64,000 bases of DNA from Octopus sinensis (Eukaryota). Under the pieces are notes generated by a model. It did not search any database. It had not been told where the DNA came from and saw only the letters and a program-made list of their open reading frames with translations. The stretch is taken from NCBI RefSeq assembly GCF_006345805.1, contig NC_043023.1, positions 186,001 to 250,000 of the forward strand, in the 5' to 3' direction. Position numbers and translations under genes: made by a program. The stretch's first letter is position 1. Every line of letters starts with the position of its first letter. Shown here one piece after another: positions 25,563 through 38,439 of the stretch.

Positions 25563-25814
25563 GCACAGGCGTGACTGTGTGGTAAGAAGTTTGCTTCCCA
25601 ACCACATGGTTCCGGGTTCAGTTCAACTATGTGGTACCTTGGGCAAAAGTCTTCTACAATAGCGTCGGGGCGATCAAAGCCTTGTGAGTGGATTTGTTAT
25701 ATATATATATATATATAACGGGAAGCTTTATGAAAATAGACAAAAGACGAAGGCAGGTGGAAAACAAACAAACAATTGTATTAGTATGGCGCTCAGGAAA
25801 TATAAATAAAACAA

Positions 25815-25857
<43 letters not shown>

Positions 25858-26143
25858 AGAGAGAGAGAGAGAGAGTTTTAATCCAAACATGAAAATACAA
25901 AGAGAAAAGGCAACAACGCGAGGACGTGGAACAAGTATGGTGTTATTGGACGCTGAGGAAAGGAAAGAAAGAAGGAGGATTTAACGTTTCGAGCGGAGCT
26001 CTTCGTCAGAGACATAGAAAAAGGAAAGGTCCAAGGAAGGGAAGACGGAGAAAGAAAATCGCCAACGATACACACGCGGTGGTGTTAAGAAAATGGAGTC
26101 AACACATGAAACTTTCGGCCCTTGAATCACTCTCTTCTGCTAA

Positions 26144-26224
<81 letters not shown>

Positions 26225-26418
26225 TCTCCTACTATCGCTTGACATCTGGTGTTGATGTGTTTACGTTCCCTTAACTTACCGGTTCGGCCAAAGTGACCGA
26301 TATAATAAATACCAGGCTTAACGAAAAATAAATTCTAGGGTCGCTTCATTCTACTAAAAATCCTCCAAGGCGGTGCTCCAGCATGGCCGCAGTCTAATGA
26401 CCGAAACAAGTAAAAGAT
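25563..26418 (+). mobile_element. Dominant SINE split by a hammerhead-bearing insertion (~25715-26150)
   Basis: Head at 25563-25700 and body/tail at 26200-26418, with foreign sequence inside the internal microsatellite. Confidence 0.75.
25979..26013 (-). ncRNA. Minimal hammerhead motif, GAGC/GCUC family, core intact
   Basis: GUCU-CUGACGA-A-GAGC(UCC)GCUC-GAAAC-GUU|AAAU. Loopless palindromic stem III (AACGUU). Stem I is weakened by a mismatch. Confidence 0.55.
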
Positions 26419-26903
26419 TCAAATACATACACACATGTACTTAGAATGAGAGGTAAAATTTCGTCATCGAATCGTCTTCAGTGCCTTAACCATCGGGGAA
26501 ATGCACGAAGGATGCCATTTCCACTATTAGAAAACCAGTATAAATGGCTGGAATTGAAACGAAAACATGGGAAACTGAAGTCCAGACGTGGCGTCACTTC
26601 GACAACACAGGAACTGACCATTTCGAAATCAAAAGGAAAAGAATTGAAGAGAAAACGAATAGGACGCAAGATGCAACAACAACATAGTCAACAACAACTG
26701 TGCCGAGCGCCATCACTTCCTTAGCATCTTTGTTCCTGTCTATTTTAGGCATGGAATGGCCTTAGTTCTCATCGACGCCATCAACACGGAGGAGCCAGAA
26801 CCACTCAATCAGGAGGAAATACATTTTGTTGCACACGAAAATTAGCCACCTACGACGGCGCACGTTCATACATACATACATACATACATACATACAACAT
26901 ACA

Positions 26904-26936
<33 letters not shown>

Positions 26937-27479
26937 GCATTCATACGTACGTATACGTACATACATATATAAGTATATTTGTGTAGAAATACACGCATAT
27001 ACATATAAATATGCGTATGTGTATGTATATATATGTGTATCCATGTATGTATATCAACAAGACCAATTTACCAGGGTCATGCCAGACATTTCCTGTTGCC
27101 TCTATTTTTCTTTGATGACCATTATCATCATCATCGTCGTCGTCGTCGTCGTCATTGTCACCCCACCCCTATTGCCACCATCATCATAACCACCGCCACT
27201 GCCGCCACCATCACAACAACAACAACAATAACGAGGCCACTTCACTGACCAACTTTCAGAAGTTGTGTCCAATTTACAATGACCTCGTGGCCTACTTTCT
27301 CTTGCAACACCCTTCTACTACGGCCACTGCTAAACACCCCTGATACCCCCAACACACACACATACACACACAGCTCACACTCATACACTCGAAATATTCT
27401 CAGAAAGATTTCCAGAGAGGAACCACTTGAAGAAAACATACTGACACAAATAAATTGACCAAATAAAACCCCTTCCTGT

Positions 27480-27486
27480 TACTACA

Positions 27487-27538
<52 letters not shown>

Positions 27539-27585
27539 TTACTAGTTGTAGTAGTAGTAGTAGTAGTAGTAGCAGCAGCAGTAGC

Positions 27586-27624
<39 letters not shown>

Positions 27625-27675
27625 ATTATTATTATTATTAATATTAGTAGTAGTAGTAGTAGTAGTAGTCGCTAC
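27480..27675. repeat. Compound trinucleotide microsatellite (TAC)n/(TAG)n/(TAT)n
   Basis: Directly visible. Confidence 0.95.
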
Positions 27676-27749
27676 TACTGAAAATAATTTATAAATCCCA
27701 CATCTATGCCCATCTAGCAAATACAAGAAACAATGATATTAAAAATAAT

Positions 27750-28906
27750 AACAAGAGCGCTCAGAGAGCGCAAACCTCCGTCATGGCAACAACAACGTTC
27801 TCTCCACGATTATCCAGAAGTGATTTTTAAAATGAGAATATCTGAAATAAACTCGACTGCTCTCGCAAACGAGAATACTAAAAATGAACACGACCGCTTT
27901 TAAAAATTAAGTAAAATATCCGGAAAAATAATCCAGAATCCTTGTCCGGTACCTGATCGATCTCAATGGTAGTCATGGAATGTGAAGGTGGCTGTAGAAA
28001 ATTTAGTAACAGTAATAAACAGTTTATCCTTATCAAGTACAAACCATTGTCAACAAATTCACCATTCAGAATAGTTTCAAAGGTGGAGGAAATAGTGATA
28101 AATTCTACTCATGAATTTTTAAATGAATAGCATGAGACCTTTTGCTTTTCTCTTCTCTTAAATTCGGCCTTCCTTTAGTATTCCTGTTGTTTTAGATCGG
28201 TGTACAGATGTATGTATTTACGTAAGTATACTGTAAAGTGTTAATATGTATGTATTATATATAATATCTATATATATATTATAAAAATATGTTAATGTTA
28301 TTTTATTTCTGAACGGTTTTGCTGCTGTTTGTTTATGTAGTTTGATTTCTTTATTCATCAGTTAAGATAGAGACGCAATTAAAATTAAGGATGGAGAAAC
28401 GAAAATAAAACTTTGGAAACAGCCTAAAGAGAGATAATTGAGAAAGACTTGAAAGTCGACGTAAGATCGTAATCATGTAAAGTAAAGTAAATAATCCAGA
28501 ATCCTTGTCCGATACCGGATCGATCCCAAAATCTAATCAGTTCGTGCAGTCACGAGGCCTGAAAATTTCACCCGAATCCATCGAGCGGTTCTTGAGATAT
28601 TTTGTCCACGGATAAACAAGACCCGTGAGGGCGCTTGGCTGTTCCAGCGCATTAGCCTCGCCACCAGCCGTGGCTACGCTGCAAGCGTGCTGGCGTGTAT
28701 CAATAGCCATTAGAGACGTTTCCCAGCGCACCCAACTTTTCAACCCAAGGTGGTGAATTGTTTTGGTTTTTTTCTCATATAAATATTTTTTTAACAATAC
28801 GTAAACTTTATTTTATACATACTTCATTAAAAAATAAAATATTTCAATTGCTTTCCCCCAAAAAAACACAATTGAAAACAATACCCCCGCCTTCGCTAAG
28901 GCGGAA

Positions 28907-28910
<4 letters not shown>
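27750..28910 (+). mobile_element. Helentron-associated (HINE/DINE-like) non-autonomous element with internal insertions
   Basis: The 5' end ACAAGAGCGCTCAGAGAGCGCAAACCTCCG contains a short inverted repeat. The 3' end has the hairpin CCGCCTTCGCTAAGGCGG followed by AAGTAA. There is an internal duplication ATAATCCAGAATCCTTGTCCG (~27930 and ~28490). Family assignment is from recall. Confidence 0.5.
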
Positions 28911-28947
<37 letters not shown>

Positions 28948-29479
28948 TTCAAATTTAGGCACAAGGCCAGTAATTTCAGGGAACGGGGTAAGTCGATTAC
29001 CTCGACCTCAGTACTCAGTGGTACTTATTTTATCGACCTCGGCGGACTGGAATTACGTATAACACTACCATGGGAAATCACAGGGTCAAATCTAAAGGTG
29101 GAAAAGCTTTATACTATACTCTACTACGTTCGTAACAGAATATACCATAACTATACATACATATATATATATACTTGCGCGCGCACCTGTATGACGAATC
29201 TGCATTCGCATGTAATATTCATATCACTCAACAAAGAAGGCATGGCATACGCATTAAAACATCACTCAAACATTTAAAATAGTTATTAGCGACAGATTCA
29301 GCCGTTGTACCGCGTATTAATTAAGTTGAATGTAGTGCTTTGAATGTCCGTATAAATGATCTGTTGATAAAATTTCGTCAACACCAGCATTCGGTGATTG
29401 GCTCTCTGCAGTTGATGATAGGCAATTTACGATGGAATCACGTGATACACCAGTGCCATTTACTGGTGCTGATGAAATT

Positions 29480-29960
29480 TCGTCAACCTTATTCAGGGCT
29501 TCATCATGGTTGAAGGAAGAACCCCTCTCTGGACTCTTTCCATCACCGTCTGTCTCTGGCCAGTCGTGGCCATCTAGATCCCAGGCAGCAGGTGACTTTA
29601 TCTTGCCATCTTGTCTTTGGTCGGCCTTTTGATCTTGCCCGTCTGTTGTCCTTTAGTCATAGGATATGGCCATCCCATCTGTATTTCTTCTCCTTGATGG
29701 TTCTTATGATGTCGTTGACTCTCGTATGCGCTTGTATTCAGGTGTTGGTTTCCTTATCGTGCAATGTGATGCCGAGCATGATTCGTTTCATTTTCCTTGC
29801 GCTACAATGAGAGCATTCATGATCGTAGTGTTGTCATAAATTATCACTGGCAGTATGTACTCATTGAAGATGTTTCTTTTAATTTCCATAGAAGCCTTAG
29901 GACTTTTCGTGAGATTTTTCTACCTTCCCAAAGGTCACTCAACCAAGCGCTTAATTTGCG
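29480..29960 (-). mobile_element. RTE-clade LINE 3' remnant
   Basis: IKRNIFNEYILPVIIY...KMKRIMLGITLHDK..N..I...TRVNDII..IKEKKYRWDGHI...GRPKTRWQD. Confidence 0.7.
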
Positions 29961-30638
29961 TATTTTTTTATAGCATCTTACGTCTATACGAGATGACTTC
30001 TCTGGAAGCTTGCCGTAAGGCTTACAGAGAATAAGTCCTGGGGTCGACTTGTTCCACTAAAATCCCTTAAGGGGGTGCTCCAGCATGGCAGCAATCAAAT
30101 GACTGAAACAAGTAAAAGAATAAAATATAAAGAGTGGATTCAACCCTTCAAGGCAGTGCCCCAGCATGGCCACACTCTAGTGACTGAAACAAATGAAAGA
30201 AAAGATAATACCTCTACAACATTTGCAACTCACCTAAAAAAGACGAGGAGACAGAATAATACTGAAACATGCTTCGAGCATTCACAAGGTCCTATGTTTG
30301 TCCAGCAGACACAGCTGAAGCACTTCTCCAAATCGACATCATTCACGTTTAAACCTAACTGCAAATCTTAATGTCAGACAATCTCATCATCCTTGTTTGC
30401 GCATCAGGCGGTCAGATCTCTTGGAACGCTGACAGCTTTCAAGTGTTACTTGCGTTCTTAAATGTTTCACAAACTGGACTGCGGCCAAGCTGGGGCACCA
30501 CTATGACTTGCTTTTAAGACTGGTATTATTCTTTTGGGTTGTTTACGTTTTACCGTTGAGTCACGAAGACAGAGAGAGAAACCAACATCCGTGGTGAAGC
30601 GGTGAGAAACAAACACAAATTGAAAGCACTTTCTCCCC

Positions 30639-30692
<54 letters not shown>

Positions 30693-30881
30693 CTTTCTTT
30701 TCTTTATCTCTCTCTCTCTCTCTTCTCTCTCTTTCTCTCTCTCCCTCTCTCTCACACCCACATACACACTATACACTTCTTCGTATTTGTTCCAATACAT
30801 GCCATTAGGTATTCTGAGTTATTTATGTTTGCTCATTATCGTTTCCTCTTTAGGCAAATTACCATGAACATAAATGTGTTC

Positions 30882-31097
30882 TCTTTATTCTTTTACTCTT
30901 TTACTTGTTTCAGTCATTAGACTGTGGCCATGCTGGAGCACCGCCTTTTAGTCGAGCAAATCGACCCTAGGACTTATTCTTTGTAAGCCTAGTACTTATT
31001 CTATCGGTCTCTTTTGCCGAACCGCTAAGTTACGGGGACGTAAACACACCAGCATCGGTTGTCAAGCGATGTTGGGGGTACAAACACAGACACACAA

Positions 31098-31139
<42 letters not shown>

Positions 31140-31312
31140 TACATATATACGACGAGCTTCTTTCAGTTTCCGTCTACCAAATCCACCGACAAGGCTTTGG
31201 TCGGCCCGAGGCTATAGTAGAAGACACTTGCCCAAGGTGCCAGGCAGTGGGACTGAACCCGGAACCAAGTGGTTCGTAAGCAAGCTACTTACCACACAGC
31301 CACTCCTACACC
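30882..31312 (-). mobile_element. Full-length dominant SINE
   Basis: Complete head, CORE-like block, internal microsatellite and tail. Confidence 0.9.
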
Positions 31313-31776
31313 TATGCCACTCCTACGCCTGTTTATTTTTCTTGTACATCTCCCACTAAAAAGATAAAGAAGACCTATAGCTGTACTGATGACGCCTATG
31401 AAGGTAAAAATATGTGTCCACGAATGTCTCCTTGCCTTCAAAAAATAAGAATGTCTATTCCTTAATGGCATTCTTATATTCTTTTACCTGTTTCAGTCAT
31501 CTGACTGCGACAATGCTGGAGCATCGTCTTAACGGCTTTTAGTCGAAGCAGTCGACCTCAGAACTTATTCTTTCCAAGTCTAATATCAATTCTATCGGTA
31601 TTTATTGCCGAACCGCTAAGTCACGAGGACATAAACACACCAGCGTCGATTGTCAAGCAATGGTGGGGCTTGGGGGACACAGACACATAAATATATATAT
31701 ATACTAGTTCCGTTCATTTCAATAACTACACACGTGCTATTGGCGATTTCTTTTATTTTCGACGTTTCCCTTTGTC

Positions 31777-31811
31777 TTTTCAGACGAAGAGCTATGCTCG
31801 AAACATCAAAC
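31777..31811 (+). ncRNA. Decayed hammerhead motif, GAGC/GCUC family
   Basis: UUU-CAGACGA-A-GAGC(UAU)GCUC-GAAAC-AUC|AAA. Core U4A, and 16.2 is A. Confidence 0.45.
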
Positions 31812-31849
31812 TACAGCTTCCAAGACTATAACTGTATTTGTCTTGGATT

Positions 31850-32665
31850 AGGAAAATGACTAAATTGTTGGGGTTAAGCCCCCATTAAAGGGTTTTACTA
31901 ACCTCCTAAGAAGTTGGAATCTTAGGAATATTACTTCATTTGTGTCTAACATCTATGGTTAAAATTTCATCAACAGCAAAATGTATGAATTTTCATGGGG
32001 GTTATGGCCTCGTTTATGCCCCCCTCACTTTCAAAGATATACTGCATTACATCCGCCCTTATGCATAGAATATAATTTCCAAATCTCATAAAGATCCATT
32101 CAGTACTTTTGACCTTGTTTTGGATCATAAAAAATGACCATTAGGGGTCTTAGAATCTTCATGAGAAGCAGAAACTTTGGGAATACTTCTTGATTTGTAT
32201 CAATTACCTATGGTTGAAATTTCATCAACGTCGGAAATTTATGAATCTTCATAAGGTTTTCTGCCCCATTTTAAGCCTCCTCAAATTCAAACCAAACATA
32301 CTGCATTATACCTGTCCTTGTGCATTGAATCTAAGTTCCAAATATCATAAAGATCCATTCAGTAATTTTGGTTCATGAAAAATGACTAAAATTAGGAGTG
32401 GGGGTCTTAGAATCATCCAAAGAAATGGAAATTTTGGGTATATTTTAAAATTTATTTCTAATACCTATGGTTCAGCTTTCATTAAAAATCCGAAGCATGT
32501 GAATTTTCACGAGGGGTTCTGCTCTTCCTTTATACTCGCTCAAAATTATATGAAACATACAGCATTATCCTGCTCCCGAGACATGGATTTTGAGTTCCAA
32601 ATTTCATTAGGATCGAGTCTATAAGTAACACACGAACACACAGACATTGACTTTTATATAATATA
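31850..32665 (+). mobile_element. Element built of about three diverged ~250-bp subunits with a Helitron/DINE-like end
   Basis: Recurring CATAAAGATCCATTCAGTA...TTTGG.TCAT.AAAAATGAC units. Terminates ACACAGACATTGACTTTTATATAATATA. Confidence 0.5.
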
Positions 32666-32675
32666 TATATATATA

Positions 32676-32911
32676 TTCCTTTATTCTTTTATTTGTTTCA
32701 GTCATTTGATTGAAGCCATGCGGGAGCACCACCTTTTAGTCGAACAAATCGACCCCAGGACTTATTTTTTGTAAGCTTAATAGTTATTCTATCGGTCTCT
32801 TTTGCCGAAACGCTAAGTTACAGGGACGTAAACACACCAACATCGGTTGTCAAGTGATGATGGGGGTGACAAATACAGACACACAAAACATATATACACA
32901 CACAACACACA

Positions 32912-32983
<72 letters not shown>

Positions 32984-33367
32984 TAACAATAAAGGGTGAA
33001 ATTAATTAATTTGGAATAATTATTAATTACACCAAGTAGATTTCGGCATGTAAAAGCCTCATTCGAGGAAAATTTAAGTAATACTAAGCAATTAAGGGTT
33101 TAGTAACGAATTGCCTCACCACACAACCGAATTTAGAAATAGCAGTCAAAGAGTTATAGCTATTCTTCTACTAAAAGGAGATCTCAGTAAAAACACAGCA
33201 CTTGAAAGGCAAACACAGACAGACCGTCTGTGTTTGCCTTTCAAGTGCTGTGTTTTTACTGAGATCTCCCTTTTAGTAGAAAGAATAGCTATAACTCTTT
33301 GACTGCTATTTCTAAATTCGGTGTGTGGTGAGGCAATTCGTTGCTAAACCCCTAATTGACTAGTATA

Positions 33368-33411
<44 letters not shown>

Positions 33412-33570
33412 GACAGGCTTCTTTCCGTTTCCGTCTACCAAAATCCACTCACAAGGTTTTGGTCGGCCCGAGGCTATAGAAGAAGACACTTGCCCAAGGT
33501 GACACGCAGTGGGACTGAACTCACACCATGTGGTTTGTAAACAAGCTACTTACCACATAGGCACTTCTTC
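32676..33570 (-). mobile_element. Dominant SINE split by a palindromic insertion
   Basis: Tail at 32676-32920 and head at 33410-33570. The insertion (~32980-33370) lies within (TA)n. Confidence 0.8.
33080..33366. repeat. ~140-bp-arm near-perfect palindrome (5-nt loop at 33221-33225)
   Basis: The left arm ...CACAGCACTTGAAAGGCAAACACAGAC pairs with the right arm GTCTGTGTTTGCCTTTCAAGTGCTGTG..., with only a few mismatches or indels. Confidence 0.95.
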
Positions 33571-34042
33571 GCTTTTTCAGTATATATATAATATAATTAA
33601 GATTCAGTTGAATCAAGTACTTAAATTGAGGCACCTCGTTAGGCCGGAATAACATGCACAGCCAACAATATTAAGTGAATATCAGACTTGGTGCATAAGT
33701 ACCGACCACATGATATTCTTGTATTGTATGCAAATAATAAGACCCAGCTGAGTGAAGAAATCCGCACTTAGCTATTCAGACATGTATTTTGTATTAGAAA
33801 TACAGTCTATAATACTTATGAAGCGCATATTCCAGGATAGGTGAATAAAATATAAGTAACAAAAAGGTAAAGGTGTCAATCCATTACGGCCTTTTCCAAC
33901 GATTCATTTAATTGATTAATGAAAACATTAGATCATTGTAAAGAAACCGTTTTCGTCGGATGAATTCACGAGCTTCAAACATAAAGGAATAGTAGCAGAA
34001 TCAATGTAAATATTTTTGCCCCGTGAATTTGTAACTATGTCG

Positions 34043-35162
34043 ACTTGTTTCAGTCATCTGATTGCGACCATGCTGGAGCACCACCGTGAAGGATTTTAGT
34101 CGAACAAACCAACACCAGGACTTATTTTAAAGCCTAATACACACACACACACACACACACCACACACACACACACACCACAACACACACACATATAAACA
34201 ACGGGTTTCAGACACAAACATAAATACGCACACCCACAGACACACACATATTGAAATTATCACCTCTTCCAAAGAAGTCGAGTTGTCCTTTATGTTTGAA
34301 ACTCATGAATTCATCTGACAAAAACGGTCTCTTTACAATGATGTAATGTTTTCATTAACCAATTAAAGAAATCGTTGGAAACGGCTGTAATGGATTGACA
34401 ACTGCACCTCTTTGTTATTCACACACGCACACACACACACACACACACATGACAGGCTTCTTTCAGTTTCCGTCTACCAAATCCACTCACAAGGTTTTTG
34501 CCGACCCGAAGCTATAGTAGAAGACACTTGCCCCAGGTGCCACGCAGTGGGACTGAAACCGGAACCATGTAATTGGGAAGCAAGTTTTCTTACCACACAG
34601 CCACACATATCAGTATCTGAAAATATTCTTGATTCGCAAGATTATGTTAGCATATCATTCAAATGTGCGTGGCCTAGTGGTTATGGTGCTGCACTCACGA
34701 TCGTTAGATCGTGGTTTCGATTTCGAAACCGGGAGAAGAAAACACCTCATTTCATGCTGCTCTAGTCCACTCAAGTCTAAACGAGTTCCAACCGTGACTG
34801 GGAAGTTAATCCTATAATGGACCAGCATTCGATTCAGGTTGGAGAAGTGCTGTAATCTCAGCCACCGAGTTAAAATCCGGTCTTATAAAACCTGGGGTGC
34901 AGGGTAGACCGAAGTCTAATTTGGAGTTGGTATCACGAACACCAAGCGGTTGTTTTGCCTTCTTTGGAAGAGGTGATAATTTCAATATGTGTGTGTCTGT
35001 GGGTGTGCGTATTTATGTTTGTGTCTGAAACCCGTCGTTTATATGTGTGTGTGTGTGTGTGTGTGTATTAGGCTTTAAAATAAGTCCTGGTGTTGGTTTG
35101 TTCGACTAAAATCCTTCACGGTGGTGCTCCAGCATGGTCGCAATCAGATGACTGAAACAAGT
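34043..35162. repeat. Local inverted duplication (34043-34277 vs 34959-35162)
   Basis: The arms are almost identical, including copy-specific SINE variants and non-SINE flank (ATTGAAATTATCACCTCTTCCAAAGAAG). The spacer is 681 bp. Confidence 0.9.
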
Positions 35163-36225
35163 AGAAGAATAAAAGAAAAATATTAATACTTGTTTTGCGG
35201 TATTTCGTCCGTCAGTTTGTTCTCAGTTCAAATTCTGCCGATAAAATAAGTAACACTGAGGTCGATGTAATCGACTAACCCCCCCCCCCCCGCTGAAATT
35301 GCTGGCTTTGTGCCAAAATTTAAAATCAATATTTGTCCATGTTAGGGCGGCGAGCTGGCAGAGTCGTTAGCACGCCGGGCGAAATGCGTAGCCGTATTTC
35401 GTCTGCCGTTACGTTCTTAGTTCAAATTCCGCCAAGGTCGACTTTCGGAGTCGATTAAATAAGTACCAGTTACGCACTGGGGTCGATATAATCGACTTAA
35501 TCCCTTTGTCTGTCCTTGTTTGTCCCCTCTGTGTTTAGCCCCTTGTGGGTAGTAAAGAAATAGGTATTTCTTCCGTTTATACGTTCTGAGTTCAAATTCT
35601 GCCGATACGTACCAACTTATCTGATGCAAAGTATGACTGAACTTGGGATCTTAGAGAAAGAACGCAACTTCAAATGACCAGGATGTCTGGGACAATGAAG
35701 GATAAAACAAGGTGCTTTCCTTCACAGCCTTGCTATCGGTCAAGTTAACTCTCAATTAGAAAAAATACATACATACATCTAATCATTGTGATTACAAGAT
35801 GTGATAATTGTAAACGATTGTCACCGTCATGCAAGTGGCGTCTTAGTTTCGAATATTCTGTGAAAACATGTCTGGTGTTGGACAGATGTTACCTTTTTCG
35901 GAAGCAGGTGCGAGTTGGTGACAAGAAGGGCATCAGGTTGTAGAAGGCCTCAACATATTCCGTCTGACCCATGTAAGAGCCAAAAAGTGAACGTTAAAAC
36001 CTCGACGACGACAATCATGATGATGATGATGACAGTTTGTCACGTTTATATAATACATATCTCGTATATTGTATAATTACGTTACATACAATCTACCAAA
36101 GAAACCAAACAAATGCGCACATGTATGTATGTATGTATGTATGTATGTACGTATGTATGTATGTATGTATGTATGTATGTATGTATGTATGTATGTATCT
36201 ATCTATCTATCTATCTATCTATCTA

Positions 36226-36577
36226 GGTAATTGTTCAGTTTGGTTAGATTAAAAAAGTAAATAAAAATTAAGGGGGACGAAATATGATTTCTCCTCAAAA
36301 ACGAACGGTAACGAACAGATTTGCTCCTTTTACAATGCTTGCAGTGCCATAATTTTCCATGAATAACGTCACCACGTGTAGTAAGGTCACATGGCGAATT
36401 ACAATTTTCACAGGTGTATATATTCATAATTAGTCGACGCCGTGCCAACCCCTGAAGAATGTTGTCTCCAACGTTTCCTAATTGAATGATAGTCCACGAT
36501 TCGTCTAAGTTTGATTCGTCCCTTTGCTTCTTTTACAACTATTTACTTTTTTAATCTAACCAAAGTGAACAATTACC
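36226..36577 (-). mobile_element. Merlin (IS1595/ISXO2-like) derived non-autonomous element with zinc-ribbon fragment
   Basis: 37-bp TIRs starting with GG (36226-36262 / 36541-36577, one mismatch). Internal minus-strand frame LARRRLIMNIYTCENCNSPCDLTTRGDVIHGKLWHCKHCKRSKSVRYRSF. No TSD is visible. Confidence 0.6.
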
Positions 36578-36637
36578 ATATGTGTGTATGTGTGTGTGTG
36601 TGAGTGTGTGTGTGCATATATGTGTACACACACTCAT

Positions 36638-36676
<39 letters not shown>

Positions 36677-37070
36677 TGGATGCTAGCGTGTACATGTGTA
36701 CGTGTGTATGTGTATATACACTGCAAGACAGAAGTACAGTAGACTGTAAAATGCACCGAGTCACCTCCTCGTTGCCCTACATCTAAGTATTTACTTTAAA
36801 ATGATTGGATAGCACCGAATTACACACACACACACACATACACACACACACACTCAAATACACACACATTTACATAGACACGCACAAACACAATGCACAC
36901 ACACACACACATATACACACACACATACATATAATTACTTATTTCTGTCAATGTTCTGTATGAATGTATGTATTTAAATGAATGTTTATGTATATAAATA
37001 AATAACTATATATATACGCATACACACACACATATAAAAACATACATTTAAAACACACACTATCTGTCTG

Positions 37071-37149
<79 letters not shown>

Positions 37150-37388
37150 GTCTGTCTGTCTGTCTTTCTGTCTTTTCTTTCTCTTTCTTTCTTCAAATTT
37201 GTTTCAATGCTACGATACCACCTCGAAGAATCTTTAATCGATTCTAAATCGATACTAAATCCACTCACAAGGCTTTGGTCAGTCCGAAACTATAATTGTA
37301 GACACTTGCCCCAGATGGCAGGCAGTGGAACTGAACCCGAAACCATGTGGTCGAGAAGCAAGCTTTTTCCCACAACCACGCTTGCACC

Positions 37389-37426
<38 letters not shown>

Positions 37427-37444
37427 CGCGCGCGCACATACGTG

Positions 37445-37670
37445 GGGCGTTTGGAAAGCTAATGAAATGCGTCTTCAACAAAATCTTAAGTTAACGAAAA
37501 TTATGGTCTTCCATATTGTTGTCATTTTAATCTTGCTTTACGGCTGCGAAACATCAAAACATTAGAACGCTTTCACCAACAAAAGCTTCGTTCAATCTTG
37601 TGCATCAAGTCAGAACATTATGTGACCAACAACAAAGTCCTGGAAAGAGCCAATAGTCAGACTACCGAAT
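37445..37670 (+). mobile_element. RTE (BovB-like) LINE fragment
   Basis: AFGKL..., LKLTKIMVFHIVVILILLYGCET..., LERFHQQKLRSILCIK...VTNNKVLERAN. Confidence 0.7.
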
Positions 37671-38116
37671 TATATCTATACATGCATATATATATATACA
37701 TACGTATGTGTGTGTGTGTGTGTGTTGTGTGTGTGTGTGTGTGTGTGATGGGCCTCTATTCAATTTCCGTCTACCAAACTGATGCACAAGGCTGTGGGTC
37801 GCATGACATTTGCCTATGACGCAGTAGGACTGAACCCGGAACTGCATGGTTGGAAATCAAACTTCTAAACCACACAGCCATGCTTGCACTTGTGCGTGCG
37901 TGTGTGCGTGCATATATGTGCTTATATACACTGTTTCAAATTAACGACATTACATTTTTTCTTACATCATTTAAAAATTACTCGTTGGAATTCAACTAAA
38001 TTTCCACAGAATAATGGCAACAGTTATATGCGTTTGGTGTGTAAAAAAGAAACGTCAGGTTTTGCCCTAGTGTAAACAAACCACAACCATTTGCATGATT
38101 TCCACGAACTTTCAGC

Positions 38117-38437
38117 CACGCAGGAGTGGCTGTGTGGTAAGTAGCTTACTAACCAACCACATGGTTCCGGATTCAGTCCCACTGCGTGGCATCTTGGGCA
38201 AGTGCATATAGCCCCGGGCTAAAAAAACTGAAAGAAGCCTGTCGTATATATGTATATATATGTATGTGTGTTTGTGTGTCTGTGTTTGTCCCCCTAGCAT
38301 TGCTTGACAACCGATGCTGCTGTGTTTATGTCCCCGTTACTTAGAGGTTCGGCAAAAGAGACCGGGGCCGAGTTGCTCGATTAAAGGCGGTGCTCCAGCA
38401 TGGCCGCAGTCAACTGGCTGAAACAAGTAAAAGAGTA
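38117..38437 (+). mobile_element. Dominant SINE with internal deletions
   Basis: Head and tail present, with blocks missing relative to the copy at 39939-40370. Confidence 0.85.
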
Positions 38438-38439
38438 TT

